Origin: a virus
IMG/VR virus record: IMGVR_UViG_3300025872_000001
Reading direction: 5' to 3' (one strand)
DNA: 64,000 nucleotides
Positions 11,733 to 21,030 of the stretch are shown piece after piece (position 1 is the stretch's first letter; the number at the start of each line of letters is the position of its first letter). Both the position numbers and the translations under genes were made by a program. The notes under the pieces are model-generated. The model ran no database searches. It was not told where the DNA came from and saw nothing but the letters and a program-made list of their open reading frames with translations.

Positions 11733-12320
11733 ATGGAAGAAAAATACCCTAATTGGTTTAAAGTAACAGCTGAATATAATTTCAGTAAATTTTTGGCTCA
11801 TTTCAAAAATGAACCAAATTTAAATTTTTTACAACTTGGCGTTTATACAGGAGATGCCAGCGTTTGGATTATTGAAAATATTTTTTGCAATCAAAAATGT
11901 TTACTCACAGATGTTGATACATGGCTTGGATCAGATGAAGAGGCTCATTATGGAATGAATTTTGATGAAGTTTTTCATATATATAAAAATAAAATTCAAA
12001 AATATTCTTCTTTAGTAAATATAAAAAGACAAGATACCATTTCTTTTTTACGTTCTAATACAGACGCTCAGTCAAACAATTTTTACGATTTTGTGTATAT
12101 TGATGCAGATCATAAAGCCGCAAGTGTTTTAATTGATGGTGAATTATCATGGAATTTATTAAAAAGCGGAGGGATAATGGCATTTGATGATTATGATTGG
12201 GCTATGCATTTGCATGAATTTCAAAGGCCCAAATTAGGCATAGATATGTTTTTAAATAAACATTTTAAAGAATTAGATATTTTATCTATAAATAAACAAG
12301 TTTGGGTAAAAAAACATTGA
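11733..12320 (+). CDS. Class I SAM-dependent methyltransferase (Methyltransf_24-like)
   Basis: LQLGVYTGDAS, DVDTW, YDFVYIDADH, LKSGGIMAFDDY. Confidence 0.85.
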   Translation: MEEKYPNWFKVTAEYNFSKFLAHFKNEPNLNFLQLGVYTGDASVWIIENIFCNQKCLLTDVDTWLGSDEEAHYGMNFDEVFHIYKNKIQKYSSLVNIKRQDTISFLRSNTDAQSNNFYDFVYIDADHKAASVLIDGELSWNLLKSGGIMAFDDYDWAMHLHEFQRPKLGIDMFLNKHFKELDILSINKQVWVKKH

Positions 12321-12350
12321 ATGTTTTAAAGGTTTTAATATGATTTCTGT

Positions 12351-13370
12351 ATGCGTAGTTATTCCGATATCACTTTAATTCCACGTTTTTTTGGCGGTAG
12401 AAGCAGATCAGAAATTGATGTTTCTTGCCACTTTTTAAATAAGCAGTTTAAACTGCCAGTAGTTCCATCAAATATGTCCTCTGTCATTAATGAGCATATT
12501 GCTAAGTATCTTTCTTTTGAGAATTACTTTTATATTATGCATAGGTTCTTCAAAGAACCTGATGGCAATATTAAATTACTCAGAAGAATGAACGAACAGC
12601 TTTGGCCGATTATTAGTATCAGCGTTGGCGTTCAGCAAAGTGATAAGGACTTTATTAAAGAAATTGCTAAAGAGAAACTAAAGGTTGATTATATCACTGT
12701 AGATATTGCTCATGGAGACAGTCAATTGATGAAGAATATGATTTGGATCATTCAAGAATATCTTCCTCAAGTTAAGATTATTGCTGGCAATGTCTGCTCA
12801 ACAGAAGGCGCTTATGATCTTATGGAATGGGGTGCGCATTGCGTTAAGATTGGAATCGCTCAGGGCGGCGCTTGTTCAACTTACGGCAAAACAGGGTTTG
12901 GACTTCCAATGCCATTAACAGCTTGGCATATTTATAAAGACTGGAATAAAGATAGATTTCCTATCATTATTGATGGCGGCGTAAAAACAAATGGAGATAT
13001 TCCAAAAGCAATCGCTCTTGCATATCAAGCTGCCTCTAAAATGCCCACAAATAAAGATGGAGTTATTCTTGACGTAAAAAGAAGTTTGCCGCAAGTTATG
13101 ATTATGGCTGGATCTCTTTTTGCAGCCTGTGACGATTCACCAGCAGATAGAGATGATTATGGTCAAAAGTATTATTATGGTTCTGCTTCGGCAAAGCAGA
13201 AAGGTCACAATAAGAATGTAGAAGGTTTCGAGGTCGCGCTTCGTGGCAACGGCATGACTTACGCAGAGAAACTAAAAGAAATCGAACAAGATTTGCAAAG
13301 CGCCGCTTCTTATGCTGGCGGCGATTTATTTGATTTATGCAATGTTGAGATAGTTAATCTAAATCAATAG
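12351..13370 (+). CDS. guaC: GMP reductase
   Basis: PVVPSNM, YIMHRF, ISISVGV, TVDIAHG, IAGNV, KIGI..G.AC.T, DGG, NVEG. Confidence 0.88.
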   Translation: MRSYSDITLIPRFFGGRSRSEIDVSCHFLNKQFKLPVVPSNMSSVINEHIAKYLSFENYFYIMHRFFKEPDGNIKLLRRMNEQLWPIISISVGVQQSDKDFIKEIAKEKLKVDYITVDIAHGDSQLMKNMIWIIQEYLPQVKIIAGNVCSTEGAYDLMEWGAHCVKIGIAQGGACSTYGKTGFGLPMPLTAWHIYKDWNKDRFPIIIDGGVKTNGDIPKAIALAYQAASKMPTNKDGVILDVKRSLPQVMIMAGSLFAACDDSPADRDDYGQKYYYGSASAKQKGHNKNVEGFEVALRGNGMTYAEKLKEIEQDLQSAASYAGGDLFDLCNVEIVNLNQ

Positions 13371-13380
13371 TTTCTATAAA

Positions 13381-14067
13381 ATGAAATTTGGAACCAGATC
13401 GGCTGGTCTTGGCGATACTCTACTTTTAACTTCTGTATGCAAATATTTTCCAAATAAATTTATAATACAGCTTGATGAAAAACAAGCTCGGTTTAAACCG
13501 TTATTTTTTGGTTTAGCTAATGTTGAGATATGCAAAAAAGAAGATATCTTTGAGCTAAAACAAATCGGAGACGATCATTATGCCACAAGAAAATTAAGAA
13601 ACTTCTTTGGAGAAATAGTTGATGGCTTAGACAATCGCCCATTAGTTCTTTATACCGATATGGATTCAGAAAAATGGGCTTTTGAATTTTTAAAAGATAA
13701 GCCTAATCCATTAATATTTGTTCCTACATGCTCAAAACAATGGTCTAAAGTTAGAGATATTCCCGACGAGGTTGTTGCTGAATTAATTGATAGTTTTAAA
13801 AAAACAAATAGAACAGTAATAACCTGTCAATCTTCTTCTAATTATAAAAATATAGGCGGAATAGACCTAATAGATTTAGACTTAAAAAAATATATTTGTC
13901 TTCTAAGAAGAGTTGGTTTTTATATTGGCGCAAATACTGGGGACGAACATTTGGCTACTGCATTAGGATGCAAGACTGTTGTTTATCAACCAAAAGATGG
14001 TAATGGATTTTTTAGTCGCGAATGGAATTATAAACATTTAAATTCAGATTATTTTATTTGGCAATGA
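13381..14067 (+). CDS. GT9 (heptosyltransferase-like) glycosyltransferase
   Basis: GLGDTLLLT; FYIGANTGDEHLATALG. Confidence 0.72.
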   Translation: MKFGTRSAGLGDTLLLTSVCKYFPNKFIIQLDEKQARFKPLFFGLANVEICKKEDIFELKQIGDDHYATRKLRNFFGEIVDGLDNRPLVLYTDMDSEKWAFEFLKDKPNPLIFVPTCSKQWSKVRDIPDEVVAELIDSFKKTNRTVITCQSSSNYKNIGGIDLIDLDLKKYICLLRRVGFYIGANTGDEHLATALGCKTVVYQPKDGNGFFSREWNYKHLNSDYFIWQ

Positions 14068-14408
14068 TAAATATAAATGTAGATGAAGGATATGCCTATG
14101 ACTTTTTGGCGATTCTAAATGTTAAAAAGAATAAAGCATTAAATAATTCAGAAGAAGCCTTTAAATCTTGCTTTGAACAGATAGAGGCGCAAGTTGGCTC
14201 GTCTTTACATTTTACTATTTTAAATTCCAATGAATATAAATCTTTATTAGGAGCTAATGAAGAAACTTTTGATGCTGTAGAAAAAGCAAGATATGGATCA
14301 ATCTCTGCTAAAGAAGTTGATAATTTAAACATGAAAAGATATCATTGTAAAATATTATTACAAAATAAATTTTTTCCCAAAACTAAAATTTTAGAAACAA
14401 AAACGTGA
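14061..14408 (+). CDS. Hypothetical protein (DUF6165-like)
   Basis: I.V..G...D.LAIL.VK...N.KRY..K..L...F......EK pattern. Confidence 0.45.
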   Translation, partial: AMININVDEGYAYDFLAILNVKKNKALNNSEEAFKSCFEQIEAQVGSSLHFTILNSNEYKSLLGANEETFDAVEKARYGSISAKEVDNLNMKRYHCKILLQNKFFPKTKILETKT

Positions 14409-15469
14409 AAACTGTAATTGTAACTGGAGTAACAGGTCAGGATGGCAGTCATATGGTCGATTATCTATTAGCCAATACCGATCACAAAATTATCGGAGTA
14501 GTGAGAAGGCTGAGTGTCCCTAACCATGAAAATCTTAAACATATAAATGATAAAAGATTTATTTTGGCAGACGCAGATATTTGTGACCCACAAAGCATCA
14601 CGACTTTAATTCAAAAATATAAACCTGATTATTTTATTAACTTTGCCGCTAATTCTTTTGTAGGATCAAGCTGGGAAATGCCATTGAATCATATGACGAC
14701 AAATTGTTTGGCAGTTATGTTTCAGCTTGAGGCTATTAGAAAGTTCTCGCCATCTTGTCGTTATTATAACGCAGGTTCTTCTGAAGAATTTGGAGATGTT
14801 TTGTACATACCTCAAGATGAACGTCATCCATTGCGCCCAAGAAGCCCATACGGAGCTTCAAAAGCTGCGGCTAGACATATTGTTAAAGTATGGAGAGAGT
14901 CTTATGGCCTTTATGCTATACAGGGCTGGCTATTTAATCATGAAGGAACCCGCAGAGGGCTAGAATTTGTTACTCGCAAAATTACCTCTAACGTCGCAAG
15001 AATTAAAAATGAAATTACTCTCGGGCTTGGAGCAGGTCAAATACTAAAGCCAAAACCGCTTGAGCTTGGTAATCTTTTATCAAAAAGAGATTGGAGCGAT
15101 GCAGAAGATTTTGTTGTTGGTGTTTGGTTAATGCTTAATCAGGATGTTCCTAGAGAATATGTATTATCGTCAAATGAAACTCATACCGTAAAAGAATTTG
15201 TTGAATTAGCTTTTGCAGCGGCAGAAATAGAGGGTGTTTGGCTTGGAGATCCAGGAACAATTAATGAAGTATTTATCCACAAGGAATATAAATATCCATT
15301 GGTGGTTGTTAATCCTGCGTTTTTTAGACCAGCAGAAGTTGATGTACTTTTAGGAGCTTCGGATTCCGCTAGAAAAGATTTAAATTGGAGACCGCAAACT
15401 TCGTTTTATAGACTAGTTAAAAAGATGGTAGACAGTGACTTACAAAAGTTAGTTGACAAAATAGATTAA
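14405..15469 (+). CDS. gmd: GDP-mannose 4,6-dehydratase
   Basis: TGVTGQDGS, NFAANSFV, SSEEFG, PRSPYGASK, FNHE, FVTRKIT, RDW, RPAEVD. Confidence 0.95.
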   Translation: MKTVIVTGVTGQDGSHMVDYLLANTDHKIIGVVRRLSVPNHENLKHINDKRFILADADICDPQSITTLIQKYKPDYFINFAANSFVGSSWEMPLNHMTTNCLAVMFQLEAIRKFSPSCRYYNAGSSEEFGDVLYIPQDERHPLRPRSPYGASKAAARHIVKVWRESYGLYAIQGWLFNHEGTRRGLEFVTRKITSNVARIKNEITLGLGAGQILKPKPLELGNLLSKRDWSDAEDFVVGVWLMLNQDVPREYVLSSNETHTVKEFVELAFAAAEIEGVWLGDPGTINEVFIHKEYKYPLVVVNPAFFRPAEVDVLLGASDSARKDLNWRPQTSFYRLVKKMVDSDLQKLVDKID

Positions 15470-15489
15470 GGGTGTAAAATCTTGAACGT

Positions 15490-17007
15490 ATGAATAAGAT
15501 TAATAATATTAATTCAAGTAAACTGTTTAAGGTTTTTGCGCTTCTCGCTGTATTAGCTGCTTTTTCCAGTCAGTCTGGCGCAGTTCCAAGCGTAGCTTCA
15601 ACAAATTTGCAAACAACTCCTGGAGTATCTATTACTCAGCAGGGCAACACATTAAACTTTACTGCTCCAGACCGTTCAGTGTTAAACTGGAATAATTTTG
15701 GTTCTGGTGCTGATGGAATTAATGCTGGAGATACATTGTCCTTTGCTCTTCCAAACTCTAATGCCTCAATTCTTAATGTGGTTCTCGGCACCAATCAAAC
15801 TGCTATCAATGGCACAATTGAATCTAATGCTAAGGTTTTTATTTTAAATCCTAATGGTATTGTTGTTGGCTCTGGCGCAAGAATTGATACTGCTCAACTT
15901 ACACTTTCGACTGTCGATAATCCATTTGCTGCCCAATTTAAATATCTTGCTGATGGAACTATTCCATCTCAAAGTGGAACTCGTACAGCAAGTGGTACGA
16001 CGACCATTCAATCAAATGCAATTATCGCAAGCCCTAATGTGACCATCCTCACCAAAGATATCACTATTGGTGGCGCACTTACAGGAGGTAATTTAAATGT
16101 TATTGCGGATGGTTCAGTTACTTTAGGATCAGCCGGTTCAACTACTTGGGTTTCTGGTAATCTTTCAGTTACTAACCCAACTGGCTCAACGACAGTTGGC
16201 GTACCTACTGCAAATGTTGGAGCTAATGGCAGCATTGTTATCGATTCGGTCTCTGGAAACATTGTGAATGCCGTAGGCTCTCGCGTAAACGCCAAAAGCT
16301 TAACAGCCACTACAACAAGTGGAGATATTTCTTTGGGTGCAGTAGCCGCAACAAATGTTACAGCTAGTGGTAAAAATGTAACCGTCGCTTTTGAAAACAA
16401 TCCAAATGCTAATTTTAGTGGCGCTGCGACAAATGGATCTATGACAGTTTCTGCTCCTACATTTTTAAATCTTGTTGACGTGAAGGGCAATAGTGCTGGT
16501 AATTTTTCATTTACTGCTGGAGCTACCTTGACTCTTAATAAGGTACATCTTGATGTAACCGGAAATACATCTTTTGCTGGAACTCGCGTTGTTGACTCTA
16601 CAGATGGAGTATTTGTATACGGACCGACATCATTCACCGCAACATCTGGAGATGTAGCTGTAACAAAAGCCAATCATAGTTTTGGCCCACTCAGCGCATC
16701 TGCGTCAGGAAATGTTACAGTTTTTGAAAATGGCGCAATTAACATGAATGTTATTCGCGGCACAGATGTTAGTCTTAAAACAGCAGAGTTTGCATTTCAA
16801 ACTCCAACCACGGCCTCAATTCTCGCTACTAAATTCTCATTGGCTGCGGCAAAAGATGTCATTTTTTACACTGGAACAATTTCTAATGGCCTTACCATTA
16901 ATACACTTGGCAATGTTGATCTTGGAAAACTTAGTTTAGCAACTAATCTTAATAATGTTGCAGCTACTATAACTACAACAGGAACAGTAACAAATCCTAC
17001 GCCGTAA
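15490..17007 (+). CDS. Secreted filamentous-haemagglutinin/TPS-domain beta-helical exoprotein
   Basis: Signal peptide; LNWNNF, ILNVV, INGTI.SN..VFILNPNGIVVG.GA.I (TPS secretion domain); Gly/Thr/Asn-rich beta repeats. Confidence 0.85.
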   Translation: MNKINNINSSKLFKVFALLAVLAAFSSQSGAVPSVASTNLQTTPGVSITQQGNTLNFTAPDRSVLNWNNFGSGADGINAGDTLSFALPNSNASILNVVLGTNQTAINGTIESNAKVFILNPNGIVVGSGARIDTAQLTLSTVDNPFAAQFKYLADGTIPSQSGTRTASGTTTIQSNAIIASPNVTILTKDITIGGALTGGNLNVIADGSVTLGSAGSTTWVSGNLSVTNPTGSTTVGVPTANVGANGSIVIDSVSGNIVNAVGSRVNAKSLTATTTSGDISLGAVAATNVTASGKNVTVAFENNPNANFSGAATNGSMTVSAPTFLNLVDVKGNSAGNFSFTAGATLTLNKVHLDVTGNTSFAGTRVVDSTDGVFVYGPTSFTATSGDVAVTKANHSFGPLSASASGNVTVFENGAINMNVIRGTDVSLKTAEFAFQTPTTASILATKFSLAAAKDVIFYTGTISNGLTINTLGNVDLGKLSLATNLNNVAATITTTGTVTNPTP

Positions 17008-17010
17008 TTA

Positions 17011-17772
17011 ATGAAGATCATTTTTAGAGCTTGCGACGTTGTAAATAGTCTTCATGGAAGTGTTGACGGGTCTTTTAATCCAAGACCATTCAATCTGCCC
17101 AAAAAAGAAATTATAAAAATTGCCGCTAGATCTTTAAAAGAATCTGTCGAAGGCTCTAATCATGAATTTTATCTGGTTGGTGATAGGGTATCAGATGATA
17201 CATGGTCATTCTTGAGCAATCTTTTAAATCCAGTTTATTCTTTTAACTCTAAAGAAAAACTTGGAGACGGAGGTAGTCTTTTGCATTGCTCAAGATTGGC
17301 TATGAATTTTGCAGATGAAGATTTAATTTATTTCGCTGAAGATGATTATCTTCATAACCCACAAACATTTTTATCTAAATTAAATGCTTTTTTTAAGTTT
17401 GCCGAAGGCAATCTTTCTAATCCTTGGTTTATCCATCCTACTGATTATCCAGATCAATATGGCAGATTGTTGAATAGATGCTATATCTTTCAAACGGAAA
17501 CTGGATATTGGCGAGAGGTATTTAATACTACTCATACATTTATGGTGAGAAAAAAGGACTATGCAAAGTTTGTGGATTTCTTTAGAGAATGTCATGCTGA
17601 AGATGGTAACGATGGCAAGCTCTCTACGATTTTTGGCAAAGATGCCTTTTGTTTCTCTCCTCTTCCTGGGATAGCTACCCATATGCATAGCGGAACATAT
17701 TCTAATTATGTTGATTGGGCGACAATGATCAAAGATTTCGCTTCCGAAGGTATTGACTTTAATCAGAGCTAG
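17011..17772 (+). CDS. Glycosyltransferase (GT-A-like)
   Basis: IYFAEDDYLH, DYPDQY, TT.TF, SPLPG.ATH. Confidence 0.65.
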   Translation: MKIIFRACDVVNSLHGSVDGSFNPRPFNLPKKEIIKIAARSLKESVEGSNHEFYLVGDRVSDDTWSFLSNLLNPVYSFNSKEKLGDGGSLLHCSRLAMNFADEDLIYFAEDDYLHNPQTFLSKLNAFFKFAEGNLSNPWFIHPTDYPDQYGRLLNRCYIFQTETGYWREVFNTTHTFMVRKKDYAKFVDFFRECHAEDGNDGKLSTIFGKDAFCFSPLPGIATHMHSGTYSNYVDWATMIKDFASEGIDFNQS

Positions 17773-17787
17773 TGCTATCCATTAGGG

Positions 17788-18414
17788 ATGGACAGATCAA
17801 ATAAAGTTCAACTTATCGGAATTTATGGCGACGACCTTACTCACGCTTGTTCTGCTTGGACATCAACCAGCAGAGAGATTAATGAAGAAAAGAAAGGCCG
17901 AGTGGGCGATCTACTCAAGATGCTTGCAGAGAATGGACACCATACCCCCTTTGAAAAATCCTCCCTCCATTTTCTAGTTAATACCGACATCGCGTCTCAT
18001 ATTCATATTATCAAGCATCGCATTGGCGTTTCTGTCAATGGCGAGTCTGCGCGTTACAAAGAGATTAAAGAAGATGAATTTTTAATTCCAGAAGATTGGC
18101 CCGATTCTTGGAAGGAGATTCTTGCCTCTTATACTGAAAGAGGTCTTGATTTGTACCATAAATGCATTGAAGATTTGGTACAAAATCACGGCTTCAACCG
18201 TAAGAGGGCTAAGGAATCGGCTAGATTTTTTAGGCCGTATAATACGCAAATTGCTGCTGATGTGATGTTTAACTGGCGATCTTTTGCGCACTTTTTAAAT
18301 CTCAGAAACAAGCCAGACGCTCAAAAAGAAATTAGAGACATTGCTGCACAAATGCTTGCCTTAGTTAAGGAAACGAATAAGTTCCCTTTGACTATACAAG
18401 CCTTTGGGGTGTAA
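17788..18414 (+). CDS. thyX: FAD-dependent thymidylate synthase
   Basis: H.TPFE, KHRIGVSVNGESARY, KESARF, LR....AQKEIR. Confidence 0.93.
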   Translation: MDRSNKVQLIGIYGDDLTHACSAWTSTSREINEEKKGRVGDLLKMLAENGHHTPFEKSSLHFLVNTDIASHIHIIKHRIGVSVNGESARYKEIKEDEFLIPEDWPDSWKEILASYTERGLDLYHKCIEDLVQNHGFNRKRAKESARFFRPYNTQIAADVMFNWRSFAHFLNLRNKPDAQKEIRDIAAQMLALVKETNKFPLTIQAFGV

Positions 18415-18422
18415 AATAGTAT

Positions 18423-18857
18423 GTGCCTACAGAACTGATAAGCCTAATGGGTGGAGCCGCTACGGGCTTCATCTTTCGTTTGATTGCTGCTAAGGCAGAA
18501 GAAAGCAGGGCTAGATTTGACCGTATGATGAAGGCTATAGATAAAGCCGATGAATCTGCTGATAAGGCGTCAAAAAGAGATGGCGATGTAGGTAAAATCG
18601 TTAGACAGTTTATCGTAGTTTCTGTTATCTTTTCTATAGTTATATCTCCGTTTGTTATGGCTATTTTAGGCATTCCAACTTACCTTGAAGTTGATTATAA
18701 CAATGGCGGCAGCGTTTTAGGTATGATTGGTGATGACGTAACTAGTAAGGCATTCGTTGAAATCTCTGGTAATTTAATTACAGCGGAGATAAGACAGTGC
18801 CTTATCGCTATTACTGGATTTTATTTCGGATCAGCGTCGGCCTCAAACAAATCATAA
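18423..18857 (+). CDS. Membrane protein (possible holin)
   Basis: Two to three hydrophobic segments; C-terminal AITGFYFGS. Confidence 0.5.
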   Translation: MPTELISLMGGAATGFIFRLIAAKAEESRARFDRMMKAIDKADESADKASKRDGDVGKIVRQFIVVSVIFSIVISPFVMAILGIPTYLEVDYNNGGSVLGMIGDDVTSKAFVEISGNLITAEIRQCLIAITGFYFGSASASNKS

Positions 18858-18898
18858 CAGGTCTTGACAAACCTTCTCCGACCTGCTTAACTAAGAGC

Positions 18899-19228
18899 GT
18901 GAAGGAAAAGATTAGTCGCACCAATGTTATCAAGTCTCTTGTTGAGATTCCTGCGAAAGCCGATAGACGCTTTTGGCAAAAAGAGATGGTTCTTCTTAAA
19001 AAGCTTGAGAAGATTTACGGTATAGACTTTTTGTCGCAAATCCAAGAAGATAAGAAGGTTCCAACATTAGCTTTCTTCTTTGCTGATTGGAAGAAGAAGT
19101 TACTTGACGTTGACTACAAGGAGTACTATTATACTCGCCTTCACCAACAAGATCTTTCGTCCCAAGAAAAGATCGGTAAAGATGCAGAAGTTAAAACCAA
19201 AAAAACACTTAAACAATTTTTATCATGA
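18899..19228 (+). CDS. Hypothetical protein
   Basis: GTG start inferred 35 nt after TTGACA at 18864; overlaps the recA start. Confidence 0.6.
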   Translation: MKEKISRTNVIKSLVEIPAKADRRFWQKEMVLLKKLEKIYGIDFLSQIQEDKKVPTLAFFFADWKKKLLDVDYKEYYYTRLHQQDLSSQEKIGKDAEVKTKKTLKQFLS

Positions 19229-20382
19229 GCAAAAAAGCAAAAGAACAAGAACAAGTTCAAGAAGCTTCGTCGTCAAAGACGTTTTTAAAATCCTTTTTAA
19301 AGGATAAGGCAGAGCATCACTATAACTTTGAAGAGTCTATTAACTATAGGGTATCTACTGGTTCATTAAATCTTGATATGCAAACTGGTGGAGGATTAAG
19401 CCCCGGTTTGCATCGATTTGTAGGCTTTACAGAGGGAGGTAAAACTTCAGCTTCGCTTGAGGTCATGAAAAACTTCTTGGCTACAATTCCTAATTCAAAA
19501 GGATTTTATGTTAAAGCTGAAGGTCGCCTTTCTGATGAAATGCAGAAGCGTTCTGGAATTAAATTTGTTTTTGATCCAGAAGATTGGGATGTTGGAACCT
19601 GTTTTGTTTTTGAATGCAATATCTATGAGACGGTTGTAGAAGGCATGAAAAACTTGGTCATGAGCAACGAAGAGAAGATCAAGTACATGTTTGTGGTTGA
19701 TTCTGTTGATGGTCTTGTCGCGCAGAATGATGCTGGCAAATCATTTAACGAAGCTCAAAAGGTTGCTGGTGGCGCAGTTATCGCTGGCGCGTTCATGAAA
19801 ATGACTTCGACCCCTCTCAGCAAGAGAGGCCATATGGCTATTTTTATTTCTCAAGTCAGAAGCGATATTAAGATCGATCCGTATACCGCCGCCCCAATCC
19901 GTCAAACTTCAGCGACTGGTGGTAACGCTCTGCTTCACTTCTCTAATTTTATCCTAGAGTTTGAACCACGTTTTGAAGGAGATATTATCTTGAAAGACCC
20001 ATCAATCAAGAAAAGCGATCCTATTAAAAACCCAATCATTGGACACTGGTGTAAGATTTGCATCAAGAAAAGCCCAAATGAAAAGAGTAAGGTTAGGATT
20101 ACTTATCCTATTAAATATGGTCGCGTCAATGGCACCTCAGTTTGGCTAGAAAAGGAAATCGTTGATATGCTTATGATGTGGGAAATGGTAACCCGTTCTG
20201 GCGCTTGGTATTATTTATCTGATGATTTTGCAGCCATGCTCAAAGAAAATAACTTTGAAGCTCCAGACAAGTTCCAAGGCGAAAATGCAATTTTTGAGTT
20301 TGTGGAATCTAATCCAAATCTTGTAAAGTTTCTGCACAAGTATTTTGTAGATATGATCTCTGCAAAACCAAATGAAGTTTAA
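19225..20382 (+). CDS. recA: RecA/UvsX-like recombinase
   Basis: STGSLNLD..GGG, Walker A G..EGGKT, VVDSV, FISQVR, GGNALLH, GAWY. Confidence 0.9.
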   Translation: MSKKAKEQEQVQEASSSKTFLKSFLKDKAEHHYNFEESINYRVSTGSLNLDMQTGGGLSPGLHRFVGFTEGGKTSASLEVMKNFLATIPNSKGFYVKAEGRLSDEMQKRSGIKFVFDPEDWDVGTCFVFECNIYETVVEGMKNLVMSNEEKIKYMFVVDSVDGLVAQNDAGKSFNEAQKVAGGAVIAGAFMKMTSTPLSKRGHMAIFISQVRSDIKIDPYTAAPIRQTSATGGNALLHFSNFILEFEPRFEGDIILKDPSIKKSDPIKNPIIGHWCKICIKKSPNEKSKVRITYPIKYGRVNGTSVWLEKEIVDMLMMWEMVTRSGAWYYLSDDFAAMLKENNFEAPDKFQGENAIFEFVESNPNLVKFLHKYFVDMISAKPNEV

Positions 20383-20776
20383 AACATTAAATGGCAAAGA
20401 ACGTTTGCTCAAGAATGCTAAAAAATATATTATTAATTGGCAATCTGAATCTAAAAGCAAACTGCAATGGAGAGTGAAGCAGCACTTGTTTCCATTTTGG
20501 AAGCATGATGTTGTTTTTGAGGAGCTTAGAATTGTTGGCAGTAGGCTTTCCTTGGACTTTTATAATGCAAATAAAAAGATTGCAGTAGAAGTTCAAGGCA
20601 AGCAGCACCAAACTTACAACCCATATTTTCACGGTTCAAATAGGCAAAACTGGTTGTCTCAATTAAAAAGAGACGATTTAAAGCTTCAGTTTTGCTTGAC
20701 AAACGGTATTAAACTGGTAGAGGTATATGAGTCCGACGCATTGTCGGATGAATTTTTTAAGCAGCTTTTTTTATGA
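20372..20776 (+). CDS. Endonuclease (DUF559/Vsr-like PD-(D/E)XK)
   Basis: LDFY, AVEVQG.QH, RD..K. Confidence 0.7.
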   Translation: MKFKTLNGKERLLKNAKKYIINWQSESKSKLQWRVKQHLFPFWKHDVVFEELRIVGSRLSLDFYNANKKIAVEVQGKQHQTYNPYFHGSNRQNWLSQLKRDDLKLQFCLTNGIKLVEVYESDALSDEFFKQLFL

Positions 20777-21030
20777 GCAAAAAACAAAAAGAAGAAAAAG
20801 AAGAGCCAAAAGACTTTTTATTTCCAACTGAACTTGTTGAACAAGTTTATGAAATTTCTGGTGGCGCAGATTCTTACAAAGGCGTAATTCTTTGTGTCTG
20901 CTCTCCGAAAGGAACCCCTCAAATTTACACAAGATTTGATTCTATTATAACTTCACTTGGTATGAAGACAGCGCTTGACCAGTGGCTGTCGGATGAACAA
21001 GATAAGGTCACGGCTACAGATAACGACTAA
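20773..21030 (+). CDS. Hypothetical protein
   Basis: 85-aa ORF coupled to both neighbours. Confidence 0.65.
   Translation: MSKKQKEEKEEPKDFLFPTELVEQVYEISGGADSYKGVILCVCSPKGTPQIYTRFDSIITSLGMKTALDQWLSDEQDKVTATDND

Noticed and set aside
16008-16673. 221-aa antisense ORF in the TpsA-like gene
   Set aside because: Typical antisense shadow of a Thr/Ala/Val-rich gene.
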